The position numbers were made by a program, and so were the translations under genes. The notes under the pieces were generated by a model, which saw only the letters and a program-made list of their open reading frames with translations, searched no databases and was not told the origin of the DNA. Shown here piece after piece: positions 38,464 to 46,334 of a DNA stretch of 64,000 nucleotides. The stretch spans positions 1,674 through 65,673 of the forward strand of contig JACJWK010000010.1 of the NCBI GenBank assembly GCA_020637195.1. The letters are read 5' to 3'. The stretch comes from Microthrixaceae bacterium (GTDB taxonomy: Bacteria; Actinomycetota; Acidimicrobiia; Acidimicrobiales; DATDAH01). The number at the start of each line of letters is the position of its first letter. Positions within the stretch are counted from its first letter, which is position 1.

Positions 38464-38718
38464 TCACGCCGTCTCGTCGTCCCCGCCGTCGTCGGCGCCG
38501 GGGCCGGCCTCGGGGTACAGGTGCTCGAGGCTCCCCGGTTCGATGCGACAGGACTCGATGAAGGCGTCGACCTCGGACTCCTTCAGCCGGATGACCCGCC
38601 CGAACCGATAGGCAGGCAGGTCGCCGTTGTCGATGAAGCGGTACAGGGTGCGCGGCGTGATGCCCACCCGCTTCGCCGCGTCCGCGGTCGACAGCCACCG
38701 GATCTCGTCGTCCTCCAT
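38464..38718 (-). CDS. Excisionase/MerR-superfamily small HTH DNA-binding protein with an acidic tail
   Basis: 'LSTADAAKRVGITPRTLYRFIDNGDLPAYRFGRVIRLKESEVDAFI' matches the HTH_17/excisionase-type pattern. Confidence 0.7.
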   Translation of the reverse strand: MEDDEIRWLSTADAAKRVGITPRTLYRFIDNGDLPAYRFGRVIRLKESEVDAFIESCRIEPGSLEHLYPEAGPGADDGGDDETA

Positions 38719-38827
38719 CGCACGCAGCCTAGACAGGCCGTCGGGCCGTCACGCCCCCTGGCCGCCACTCTGGCACCGTTTCGTGCGCTTTCGGCCTGCC
38801 CGACGCCGAGGCGGTGGCGATGGGCGG

Positions 38828-40189
38828 TCAGCCCCGCCGGCGTCGCACGGTTCGCCGGGCCCGGCGGACGAGCCGGCCCGGAGCGGAGCGAAGTCGGGGC
38901 CGGGGCCGAGGGGCCCCGCTCGCCGGCTCGGCACGACCCTCACGGTCGAGGTCGTCACGCAGCCCGGCGAGGGCAGCGTCCAGGCGAGCGACGGACTCGT
39001 CCACGGTGGCCTCGGTGTGCGCCAGGCTGGCCAGGGCGTTGCCGTCGGTGAGCACGCCGTGGACCAGCGCGCCCTCCAGGAACAGCTCGCGCACCCGCGG
39101 ACGCTCGACCCCGTGCTGGTCGGGGAAGTCGAACGACATCCGTTGCGGGGGGCCGAGCAGGACGGCCTCGACGCCGTGGCGTTCCGCTGCGCCCAGGTAC
39201 CCGTCGCGCAGGCGGGTCCCCATCGCGGCGAGGTGGCCCGCGACGTCGCGCGACTCGAGCACGTCGAGGACCGCCGACGCGGCGGCCAGCGAGAAGGTCT
39301 CGCCGCGGAAGGTCAGCCCGAACCCGACCGACGGCAGCAACTCCATCAGGTCGGCCCGGCCGACGACCGCGGAGAGCGGTAGCCCGTTGGCCAGGGCCTT
39401 GCCCAGGCAGGCGAGGTCCGGCGTCACCCCGAAGTGCTCCTGGGCACCGCCGTTGGCGAGGCGGAAGGCGGTGACCACCTCGTCGAACACGACCACCGCA
39501 CCGTTGCGGTGCGCGAGGTCGATCACGCCCTCCAGGTAGCCCGGCTCGGGCAGGTACTGGTTGGTGGGCTCCATCACGACCGCGGCCACGGCGCCCCGGT
39601 GGCGACGGAACGCCTGGGCCAGCGCCTCGAGGTCGTTGTAGGGGAACGGCTCGACCAGCGTGCGGAGCACCGAAGGGATGCCCTGCACGTCGGGGTGCAC
39701 GCACGTGTACCACTCGTGGAACCCGTGGAACCCGTGCTGGAGCACGAGGTCGCGGCCGGTGGCCGCTCGGGCGACCCGGACGGCGGCGTTGAGCGCGTCC
39801 GAGCCGTTCTTCGCGAAGGCGACGCGCTCGGCACACGGCACCAGGACGCAGATCCGCTCCGCGACCTCGACCTCGACGGGGTGCATGAGCGACAGCGTCG
39901 GCCCGGCTCCGAACTGGGCCCGCACGGCCGCTTCGACCGCCGGGTGGCGGTAGCCGAGGAACACCGGCCCCCACCCGTTGAGCCAGTCCAGGTGCACCCG
40001 TCCGGTGCTGTCGGTGACCTCGGCGCCGTCCGCAGCGACGGCGAAATGCGGGAACAGCGCCCCGCTCGGATGACGGAGCGGGCGCGTCACCATCCCGTCG
40101 AGCCCGCCGTACGCGAGCACTGCGTGCGCCCGGTCGAGCAGGTCCTCGGTGGCCGCCACCGGGTCGGCGGCGAGCGGGCTGCCAGGCAT
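38828..40189 (-). CDS. Class-III PLP-dependent aminotransferase (glutamate-1-semialdehyde aminomutase-like)
   Basis: 'FAKNGSDALNAAVRVAR', 'VVFDEVVTAFRLANGGAQEHFGVTPDLACLGKALANGLPLSAVVG' (PLP Lys in 'LGK'). SD GGGGAAGAGG upstream of ATG 40189. The C-terminal ~35 aa are Arg-rich low complexity. Confidence 0.8.
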   Translation of the reverse strand: MPGSPLAADPVAATEDLLDRAHAVLAYGGLDGMVTRPLRHPSGALFPHFAVAADGAEVTDSTGRVHLDWLNGWGPVFLGYRHPAVEAAVRAQFGAGPTLSLMHPVEVEVAERICVLVPCAERVAFAKNGSDALNAAVRVARAATGRDLVLQHGFHGFHEWYTCVHPDVQGIPSVLRTLVEPFPYNDLEALAQAFRRHRGAVAAVVMEPTNQYLPEPGYLEGVIDLAHRNGAVVVFDEVVTAFRLANGGAQEHFGVTPDLACLGKALANGLPLSAVVGRADLMELLPSVGFGLTFRGETFSLAAASAVLDVLESRDVAGHLAAMGTRLRDGYLGAAERHGVEAVLLGPPQRMSFDFPDQHGVERPRVRELFLEGALVHGVLTDGNALASLAHTEATVDESVARLDAALAGLRDDLDREGRAEPASGAPRPRPRLRSAPGRLVRRARRTVRRRRG

Positions 40190-40226
40190 CCTCTTCCCCG
40201 GTGTGGTCGTCAGGGGTGCGGGCTCC

Positions 40227-40991
40227 GTGCCAGAGTGCGGCGGAGTGTACACGCACCACAAATTCGACCATGCGTTCGAGCCGGGGACGCCCACGCGCGT
40301 GAGCTACCTGGTGTGCGCCGTGCCCCGCTCGGGCAGCTCGCTGCTCTGCGAGCTGCTGTGCCTGACCGGGGTGGCGGGGGCACCCACCGAGTTCTTCGAC
40401 GCCGAGCAGCGACGCGGTTTCGAGCGCGTGTGGGGCAGCGACGGCCTCGACGACTACGTGCGCCACCTGCTGAGGACGAAGACGAGCCCCAACGGGGTCT
40501 TCGGGGCCAAGGCCCACCACCCTCAGCTCGCGGAGACCTTCGGCGACCGTGACCTGGCCGCGGTGTTCCCGGACCTCCACGTCGTGTACCTCACCCGGCG
40601 GGACCACCTCCGCCAGGCGATCAGCTACGCACGGGCGATCCAGTCCGGGCGCTGGGCCTCCACCCATCGGGGTCGCGGTCGCGAGCGCTTCCGCCGCCGC
40701 CAGATCGACGATCTCCTCGCCCGCATCGACCGGGAGGAACGGGCCTGGGAGCGCTGGTTCGAGCGGCACCGACTCCAACCGCTGCGCCTCGACTACGAGT
40801 CGATCGTGACCGACCCGGCCGCGGCCGTGGCGGCCGTCCTCGAGCTCGTCGGGGTGCTCGACGGGACTCCCGACCCGGCGGCCGCCACCCTCGCCCGCCA
40901 GGCGGATCGACGGACCGAGCGGTGGGTGCGCAGGTACCGCCGGCGCCACCTGGACGGCCCGGTCACACCGGAGGGTGTTGTGGGAGGCTGA
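40227..40991 (+). CDS. Stf0-family (PF09037-like) PAPS-dependent sulfotransferase
   Basis: 'SYLVCAVPRSGSSLLCELLCLTGVAGAPTEFF', 'SPNGVFGAKAHH' and 'LARQADRRTERWVRRYRR' resemble, from memory, mycobacterial Stf0 (trehalose 2-sulfotransferase). The start is uncertain: GTG at 40227, 40245 or 40299. Confidence 0.7.
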   Translation: MPECGGVYTHHKFDHAFEPGTPTRVSYLVCAVPRSGSSLLCELLCLTGVAGAPTEFFDAEQRRGFERVWGSDGLDDYVRHLLRTKTSPNGVFGAKAHHPQLAETFGDRDLAAVFPDLHVVYLTRRDHLRQAISYARAIQSGRWASTHRGRGRERFRRRQIDDLLARIDREERAWERWFERHRLQPLRLDYESIVTDPAAAVAAVLELVGVLDGTPDPAAATLARQADRRTERWVRRYRRRHLDGPVTPEGVVGG

Positions 40992-40995
40992 GCGG

Positions 40996-42702
40996 ATGGC
41001 GACGGTGCCGGTACGGCTCTCGACGCGCTCGGCCGAGCCGGTCGGCGGAACCGGCCTCGTCACCGACGCCGAGCGGCGGGCGGCCGAGCACCGACACCGC
41101 CGGACGGTCGAGCGCGACCTCCTCTCGGGGGACACCAGGTGGCGGAGCACGCCGTACGAGGCCCACGTGCAGTTCTCGACCTACTGCAACCTCGCCTGCG
41201 TCATGTGCTGGGGCGACCGCCCGCCTCCCTCGCGGCGGCTCGAGCCCGCCGTGCTCGCCCGGGTCGACGCGCAGATCGCGCCGGGCCTGTCGATCCTGAC
41301 CCCCCACGACGGGAGCGAGCCGCTGGCCGTGGGGTGGGAGTCGGCGCGCGACCTCGCCCGCCGGTGGAATGTGCGCCTCAGCCTGGTGACGAACGGCACC
41401 TTCCTCGACGCCCGGCGCATCGAGGAGGCCGTGCCGCTGACCGAGACGTTGTTCGTCTCCCTCGACAGCCACGTGCCGGAGATCTTCGAGCAGCTGCGCC
41501 CAGGGGCCGACGCTCGCCGCATCTACGCGAACGCCGCCGCCGCCGCGGCGGCCTGCCGTGCCGAGGGGGTCGACTGCATCGCCAACATCGTGCTGATGGT
41601 CGAGAACGCCCCCTTCCTCGACCGCACCCTCGAGTGGCTCCACGCCCATGGGATCGACTCGGCGAACGTGATCCAGCTCATCGACGTCAACGGCCGCTCG
41701 GACATGCACGACCCGTTGCGGCACCTGTCGGTCGAGTACGTCGAAGGCGTGCGGCGCCGGGCGCACGAGACCGCCCGACGACTCGGCAGTCGCCTGATCT
41801 GGCTGGTCGGCCCGACATCGACCACCGACGCCCGACCCCGGCCGACGCGCGCCACCCCGGGCGCCGACCTACGGGCCCGGCGCGTCGCGTACGACCGCTG
41901 GAACGAGCGCCTGCGACTGCGCCACCCGGGCTACTGCCCCAAGGTCTTCGACCGGGTGCGCGTGACCGTGGACGGCGCGACGGGGCCGTGCAGCTACGCC
42001 GCGAACGGCGAGCTCGAGTACGGCACGCTGGCCACGCACGACTTCGAGACGCTCTGGAACGGCGAGACCGCACGGGACCTACGACGGGCGATGGCCACCG
42101 GCGATCCGCCCGTGCCGTGCGACACGTGCCGGTGGCGGGACCTGCCGGCGCGGCGATCCGGGCTTCCCTTCACCCGCAGTGTCGAGGCCGCCTTCCCGCT
42201 CCCGGCCACCGGGCTGGTGGTCGACGCGCCCGATCACGGCGCGCGTCTGGTGTCGCCGCCGTCGTTCGTCGTCCGCCCGCCCGACGGCCACCCCCGACGC
42301 TGGCTGCTGGCCCTGTCCCTGGGCGGCGAGACCACCGAGGTCCACCGCGTCGAGGTCGGAGCGGGCCCGCCGGGTGGCGAGACCACGGTCACCGTCCCGC
42401 CCCGGACGTGGCGCAGCCTACGGCCCAACGTCGGCTACTGGTGGGCCCTCTGGGCGATCGCCGACGACGGATCGGCGATCCGCAACGCGGAGCTGTCCGC
42501 TCTGGTGCGTCACCGATCGATCCCGAGGCGGCCCGGCAGCGGGCTCCGCTACCGCGACCGTCCGCAGGAGGTGCCCGTGCACCTCGGGGGTGGGCGCACG
42601 CCCGGCTTCGTCGACCGGAGCGGAGCGGCCCCCGCGACCGGATCGTCGAGCAGGCGCGGGCGCGGGCGCGGGCTGCTCCGCCGGCTGCTGCGCCGCCGCT
42701 GA
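40996..42702 (+). CDS. Radical SAM enzyme with a partial SPASM/twitch-like Cys motif and a ~170-aa unassigned C-terminal domain
   Basis: CX3CX2C 'STYCNLACVMCWG'; 'GYCPKVFDRVRVTVDGATGPCSY...PCDTCRW'. The GGGAGG SD lies inside the last codons of the Stf0-like gene, and the ATG is 5 nt after its stop. Confidence 0.8.
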   Translation: MATVPVRLSTRSAEPVGGTGLVTDAERRAAEHRHRRTVERDLLSGDTRWRSTPYEAHVQFSTYCNLACVMCWGDRPPPSRRLEPAVLARVDAQIAPGLSILTPHDGSEPLAVGWESARDLARRWNVRLSLVTNGTFLDARRIEEAVPLTETLFVSLDSHVPEIFEQLRPGADARRIYANAAAAAAACRAEGVDCIANIVLMVENAPFLDRTLEWLHAHGIDSANVIQLIDVNGRSDMHDPLRHLSVEYVEGVRRRAHETARRLGSRLIWLVGPTSTTDARPRPTRATPGADLRARRVAYDRWNERLRLRHPGYCPKVFDRVRVTVDGATGPCSYAANGELEYGTLATHDFETLWNGETARDLRRAMATGDPPVPCDTCRWRDLPARRSGLPFTRSVEAAFPLPATGLVVDAPDHGARLVSPPSFVVRPPDGHPRRWLLALSLGGETTEVHRVEVGAGPPGGETTVTVPPRTWRSLRPNVGYWWALWAIADDGSAIRNAELSALVRHRSIPRRPGSGLRYRDRPQEVPVHLGGGRTPGFVDRSGAAPATGSSSRRGRGRGLLRRLLRRR

Positions 42703-43773
42703 TCAGCGGAGGCGGACCGCGACCTCGTTGGCCAGGAGGCGACCGGCGACCGTGAGGTGGGCACGCCCGGCGTCGTCGACCACCACGAGGTCGGCGAGCG
42801 CCGGGTCGGCGTCGAGCGGCAGCGCGTCCGCGGGGACGCCGTCCGTGGTGCGCAGGGCGAGCTGCAGGCCCTCGACCCGGCGCCCCTCGTCGTCGAGCCG
42901 CTCGTCCGCCGCCACCGGCGAGCGGCCGTGCTCGACGGCGTCGACGTAGCGCTCCGGCGTCCGCACGTTCCAGTAGCGACGTCCGCGACGGTGCCCGTGG
43001 GCGGCGCAGCCGATCGCCAGGTAGTCGCCCTGGGACCAGTACAGGAGGTTGTGGCGGCACTCCTGGCCCGGACGTGCCCAGTTCGAGATCTCGTACCAGT
43101 CGAGGCCGGCGGCCGCGAACCGCTCGGTGGCCAGCAGGTACTTGTCGGCCTGGTCGTCGTCGTCGGGATGGCGCTCGGGGGCGTCGAACAGCGCGGTCCC
43201 GGGCTCGACCGTCAGCCCGTACGCGCTCACGTGCGGTGGGTCGAGGGCGAGTGCGGCGTCGAGCGACTCGGCCCAGTCGGCGAGCGACTCCCCGGCGGCG
43301 CCGTAGATCAGGTCGAGGCTCCACCGCTCGAACCCCGTGGCGCGCAGGAGGGCCACGGCGCGGCCCACCCCGTCCGGGTCGTGCGTGCGGCCGAGGGCCT
43401 CGAGCACGTGAGGCACCATGGACTGCACCCCCAGCGACACCCGGTCGACCCCGCCGGCCGCGTAGGTGCGCAGCATCGTGTCCGTGACCGTGTCGGGGTT
43501 GCACTCGACCGTCACCTCCGCGCCGGGGGCCAGCGGCAGCGGCGCCACGACCTCGAGCAGCGCCTCGGCGTCCACCATCGACGGCGTCCCCCCGCCCACG
43601 AACACGCTCGTCACCGGCGGGAGCCCCGCCGCCACCTCGGCCTCGACCTGACGCCGGCAGGCCCGCAGGTAGCGGTCGACGAGGTGGGCGCGGTCGGTCC
43701 AGGTCGCGAACGCGCAGTAGTCGCAGCGAGCCGCGCAGAACGGGATGTGGACGTAGCAGCCGAAGGGCTCCAC
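42703..43773 (-). CDS. hemW: Radical SAM heme chaperone HemW (HemN-like, oxygen-independent coproporphyrinogen oxidase family)
   Basis: 'YVHIPFCAARCDYCAFAT', 'SVFVGGGTPS' and 'RVSLGVQS'. Confidence 0.88.
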   Translation of the reverse strand: MEPFGCYVHIPFCAARCDYCAFATWTDRAHLVDRYLRACRRQVEAEVAAGLPPVTSVFVGGGTPSMVDAEALLEVVAPLPLAPGAEVTVECNPDTVTDTMLRTYAAGGVDRVSLGVQSMVPHVLEALGRTHDPDGVGRAVALLRATGFERWSLDLIYGAAGESLADWAESLDAALALDPPHVSAYGLTVEPGTALFDAPERHPDDDDQADKYLLATERFAAAGLDWYEISNWARPGQECRHNLLYWSQGDYLAIGCAAHGHRRGRRYWNVRTPERYVDAVEHGRSPVAADERLDDEGRRVEGLQLALRTTDGVPADALPLDADPALADLVVVDDAGRAHLTVAGRLLANEVAVRLR

Positions 43774-43869
43774 CGGCGGCTCCTGGCGGGCGGGCGGGCG
43801 CGCCCGTCGGTCGGGGCGCCCGGCCGAGCCTACCGACGCGCTTCGCGGGCGGGGCCGCCCGTCGCGCCG

Positions 43870-44430
43870 CTACTTCTTGGTGCGGACCGAGGCCAGGCCC
43901 AGGTCGTCGAGCCGGTTGCCGGCACCGTCGACGCCCGTGCCGAGGATGCAGGCGATGGCCCGCAGGTCGTCACGACGGATCGTGAGCACCCGCCCGTTGA
44001 AGTCCTGGCGCTGCACCTGGATCATCGTCAGGTAGCGGTTGAGCATGTCGGCCTCGGGCCCGGTGAGGCTCTCGAGGCGGGTGAGGTCGATGGTGACCGA
44101 GTTGAAGCCGGGCTGGGTGGCGACCCGCCCGTCGGTGAGGTCCACGACCTCGTCGTCGTCGCGGGCCAGGCCGAAGTCCGGCCCCTCGTCGACCGGCAGC
44201 AGCTGGTCGACCGGGACGTTGTAGAACCGGGCGAGGCGCTGCAGTCGGGGCACGGAGATGGCCCGCTCACCGCGCTCGTAGGCGCCGAGCACCGACGCCT
44301 TGAACTCCTGGTTGGAGGTGGCCTCCACCTCCTGCAGGGAGAGCTTCTTCTGCCGCCGGATGGCCCGGAGGCGCTCGCCCACCTTGCGCCCGTAGCCTGC
44401 CGAGGCTCCCTCGGCCGTCATCTCACTCAT
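43870..44430 (-). CDS. XRE-family HTH transcriptional regulator with a C-terminal extension
   Basis: 'GERLRAIRRQKKLSLQEVEATSNQEFKASVLGAYERGERAISVPRLQRLARFYNVPVDQLL'. Confidence 0.7.
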   Translation of the reverse strand: MSEMTAEGASAGYGRKVGERLRAIRRQKKLSLQEVEATSNQEFKASVLGAYERGERAISVPRLQRLARFYNVPVDQLLPVDEGPDFGLARDDDEVVDLTDGRVATQPGFNSVTIDLTRLESLTGPEADMLNRYLTMIQVQRQDFNGRVLTIRRDDLRAIACILGTGVDGAGNRLDDLGLASVRTKK

Positions 44431-44498
44431 TGCACGCCCTTCGCCGCGTTCCGGCCATCATACGCGCGGGGCGTAGGGCGTTCAACCACCCTTCGCGG

Positions 44499-45188
44499 TC
44501 ACGACTCCGCCAGCGCGCCGCCCGGCCGGAGCGCGGTGAGCAGCGCCCCCGCCACCACCGCGGCGGTCTCGGCCCGCAGCACCGTGGGGCCCAGGCGCAC
44601 GGCCGGCACCGCCCTCGCCCGCTCGGCGTCCGACCAGCCCCCCTCGGGGCCGACGAGCACGAGCGCGTCCCCCCGCTGGGGGGACCGACCCGTCGGGTCG
44701 GCGAGCAACGCCCCGGGGCGCGCGGCCACGTCGGCGAAGGTGCGCACGTCCTCGACCACCGGCAGCGTGGGGCGTCGGCACTGCATCGCCGCCTCGCGCG
44801 CCACCCGTCGCAGGCGCTCGACGTGGCGGGTGGCCCGCTCGCCCGCCCACCGCACGACCGAGCGGTCGGCCCCGAGGGGGACGATCACGTCGACCCCGAG
44901 CTCGGTCAGCTTCTGGACCGCCCACTCGGGGCGGTCGCCCTTCACGGGGGCGAAGCAGACCGTCACCGGTGGCGTCGGCGGGCGCTCGACCACCACCGGC
45001 CCCGCGGGCTCGAGCACCGGGCCGAAACGGCACTCCCGCCAGGCGCCCTGACCGTCGGCGACCGTGACCAGGTCACCCCGGGCGAGACGAAGGACACGGT
45101 CGAGGTGGTGCCGGTCGGCCTCGTCGAGCTCGGGGGCGTCGAGGTCGACCACGAAGGCGTGGGCCTTCGCGGTGGGCGTCGGTCCCAC
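44499..45188 (-). CDS. rsmE: 16S rRNA (uracil1498-N3)-methyltransferase RsmE
   Basis: 'RHHLDRVLRLARGD', a C-terminal SPOUT knot 'LVGPEGGWSDAE...LGPTVLRAETAAV', and a position downstream of dnaJ. Confidence 0.8.
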   Translation of the reverse strand: MGPTPTAKAHAFVVDLDAPELDEADRHHLDRVLRLARGDLVTVADGQGAWRECRFGPVLEPAGPVVVERPPTPPVTVCFAPVKGDRPEWAVQKLTELGVDVIVPLGADRSVVRWAGERATRHVERLRRVAREAAMQCRRPTLPVVEDVRTFADVAARPGALLADPTGRSPQRGDALVLVGPEGGWSDAERARAVPAVRLGPTVLRAETAAVVAGALLTALRPGGALAES

Positions 45189-45194
45189 CCGGGC

Positions 45195-46334
45195 CTACTT
45201 GAAGGCCGAGCGGATCTTGCCCAGGAGGCTCGCGTCGGGCGGCGCCACGTCCTCGCCCCGCAACTCGGCGAGCTGGCGCACGAGGTCCTCCTGCTCGGGG
45301 GTGAGGTCCGCGGGCGTGTCCACCACGACGTGCAGCATGAGGTCGCCGCGACCGCGTCCCTCCACGTGGGGGACGCCCCGGCCCCGCAGGCGGAACACGC
45401 GACCGGACTGGGTGCCCCGGGGGATGATGAGGTGCTCGACGCCGTCGAGGGTCTCGAAGTCGATGTGCACGCCGAGCATCGCCTGCACGGCGGACACGTG
45501 CAGCTCGTGGACGAGGTCGTACCCGTCGCGCTCGAAGCGCGGGTGGGCGGCCACGTCGACGTGGACGTACAGGTCGCCGACCCCGCCGCCGCGCGGACCG
45601 GCGGCGCCCCGCCCGGTCAGGCGCAGGGTGGAGCCGCGGTCGACGCCGGCCGGGATGTCGACCGTGTAGGTCTTCTCGCGGACCTGGCGGCCCTCGCCGC
45701 CGCACTCGGGGCACGGGTCCTCGACGACCTCGCCGAGCCCTCCGCACCGCGTGCAGGGCGAGGCGCTGACCATCTGGCCGAGGATGGACTGGCGGACCCG
45801 TCGTACCTGCCCGGTGCCCTCGCACTCGGGGCAGCGCTCGGGTGCCGTGCCGGGCCGGGCACCGGTCGCCTCGCAGGTCTCGCAGGCCACGGCGGTGCGG
45901 ATGGCGACCTCGGCCTCGGTGCCGAAGACGGCCTCCTCAAACGCGAGGTGGACCACCGTCTCCAGGTCGGCGCCACGGGGTGGGCCCGAGCGGCCCGTGC
46001 TCCGCCCACCGCCAAAGGGGCTCGCCCCACCGAAGAACGCGTCGAAGATGTCGCCGAGCCCACCACTCGGCCCACCGAAAGGGTCGGAGGCGGCACCGCC
46101 GATCCCGTCGGGCCCGAACATGTCGTAGCGGCGGCGCTTCTCGGGGTCGCTCAGCACCTCGTAGGCGCGTGCGAGCTCCTTGAAGGAGGCCTCGGCCGCC
46201 GGGTCGTCCGGGTTGGCGTCGGGATGCAGCTCGCGGGCCCGACGCCGGTAGGCCCGCTTGATCTCGTCGGACGACGCGTCGGGGTGGATCCCGAGCAGGT
46301 CGTAGTAGTCGGTCGCCACGCTTGGTTCGCTCAT
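45195..46334 (-). CDS. dnaJ: Molecular chaperone DnaJ
   Basis: J domain 'DYYDLLGIHPDASSDEIKRAYRRRARELHPDAN'. Zn-finger CxxCxGxG repeats 'CETCEATG...CPECEGTG...CTRCGGLG...CPECGGEG'. Its ATG overlaps the hrcA stop (ATGA). Confidence 0.95.
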   Translation of the reverse strand: MSEPSVATDYYDLLGIHPDASSDEIKRAYRRRARELHPDANPDDPAAEASFKELARAYEVLSDPEKRRRYDMFGPDGIGGAASDPFGGPSGGLGDIFDAFFGGASPFGGGRSTGRSGPPRGADLETVVHLAFEEAVFGTEAEVAIRTAVACETCEATGARPGTAPERCPECEGTGQVRRVRQSILGQMVSASPCTRCGGLGEVVEDPCPECGGEGRQVREKTYTVDIPAGVDRGSTLRLTGRGAAGPRGGGVGDLYVHVDVAAHPRFERDGYDLVHELHVSAVQAMLGVHIDFETLDGVEHLIIPRGTQSGRVFRLRGRGVPHVEGRGRGDLMLHVVVDTPADLTPEQEDLVRQLAELRGEDVAPPDASLLGKIRSAFK

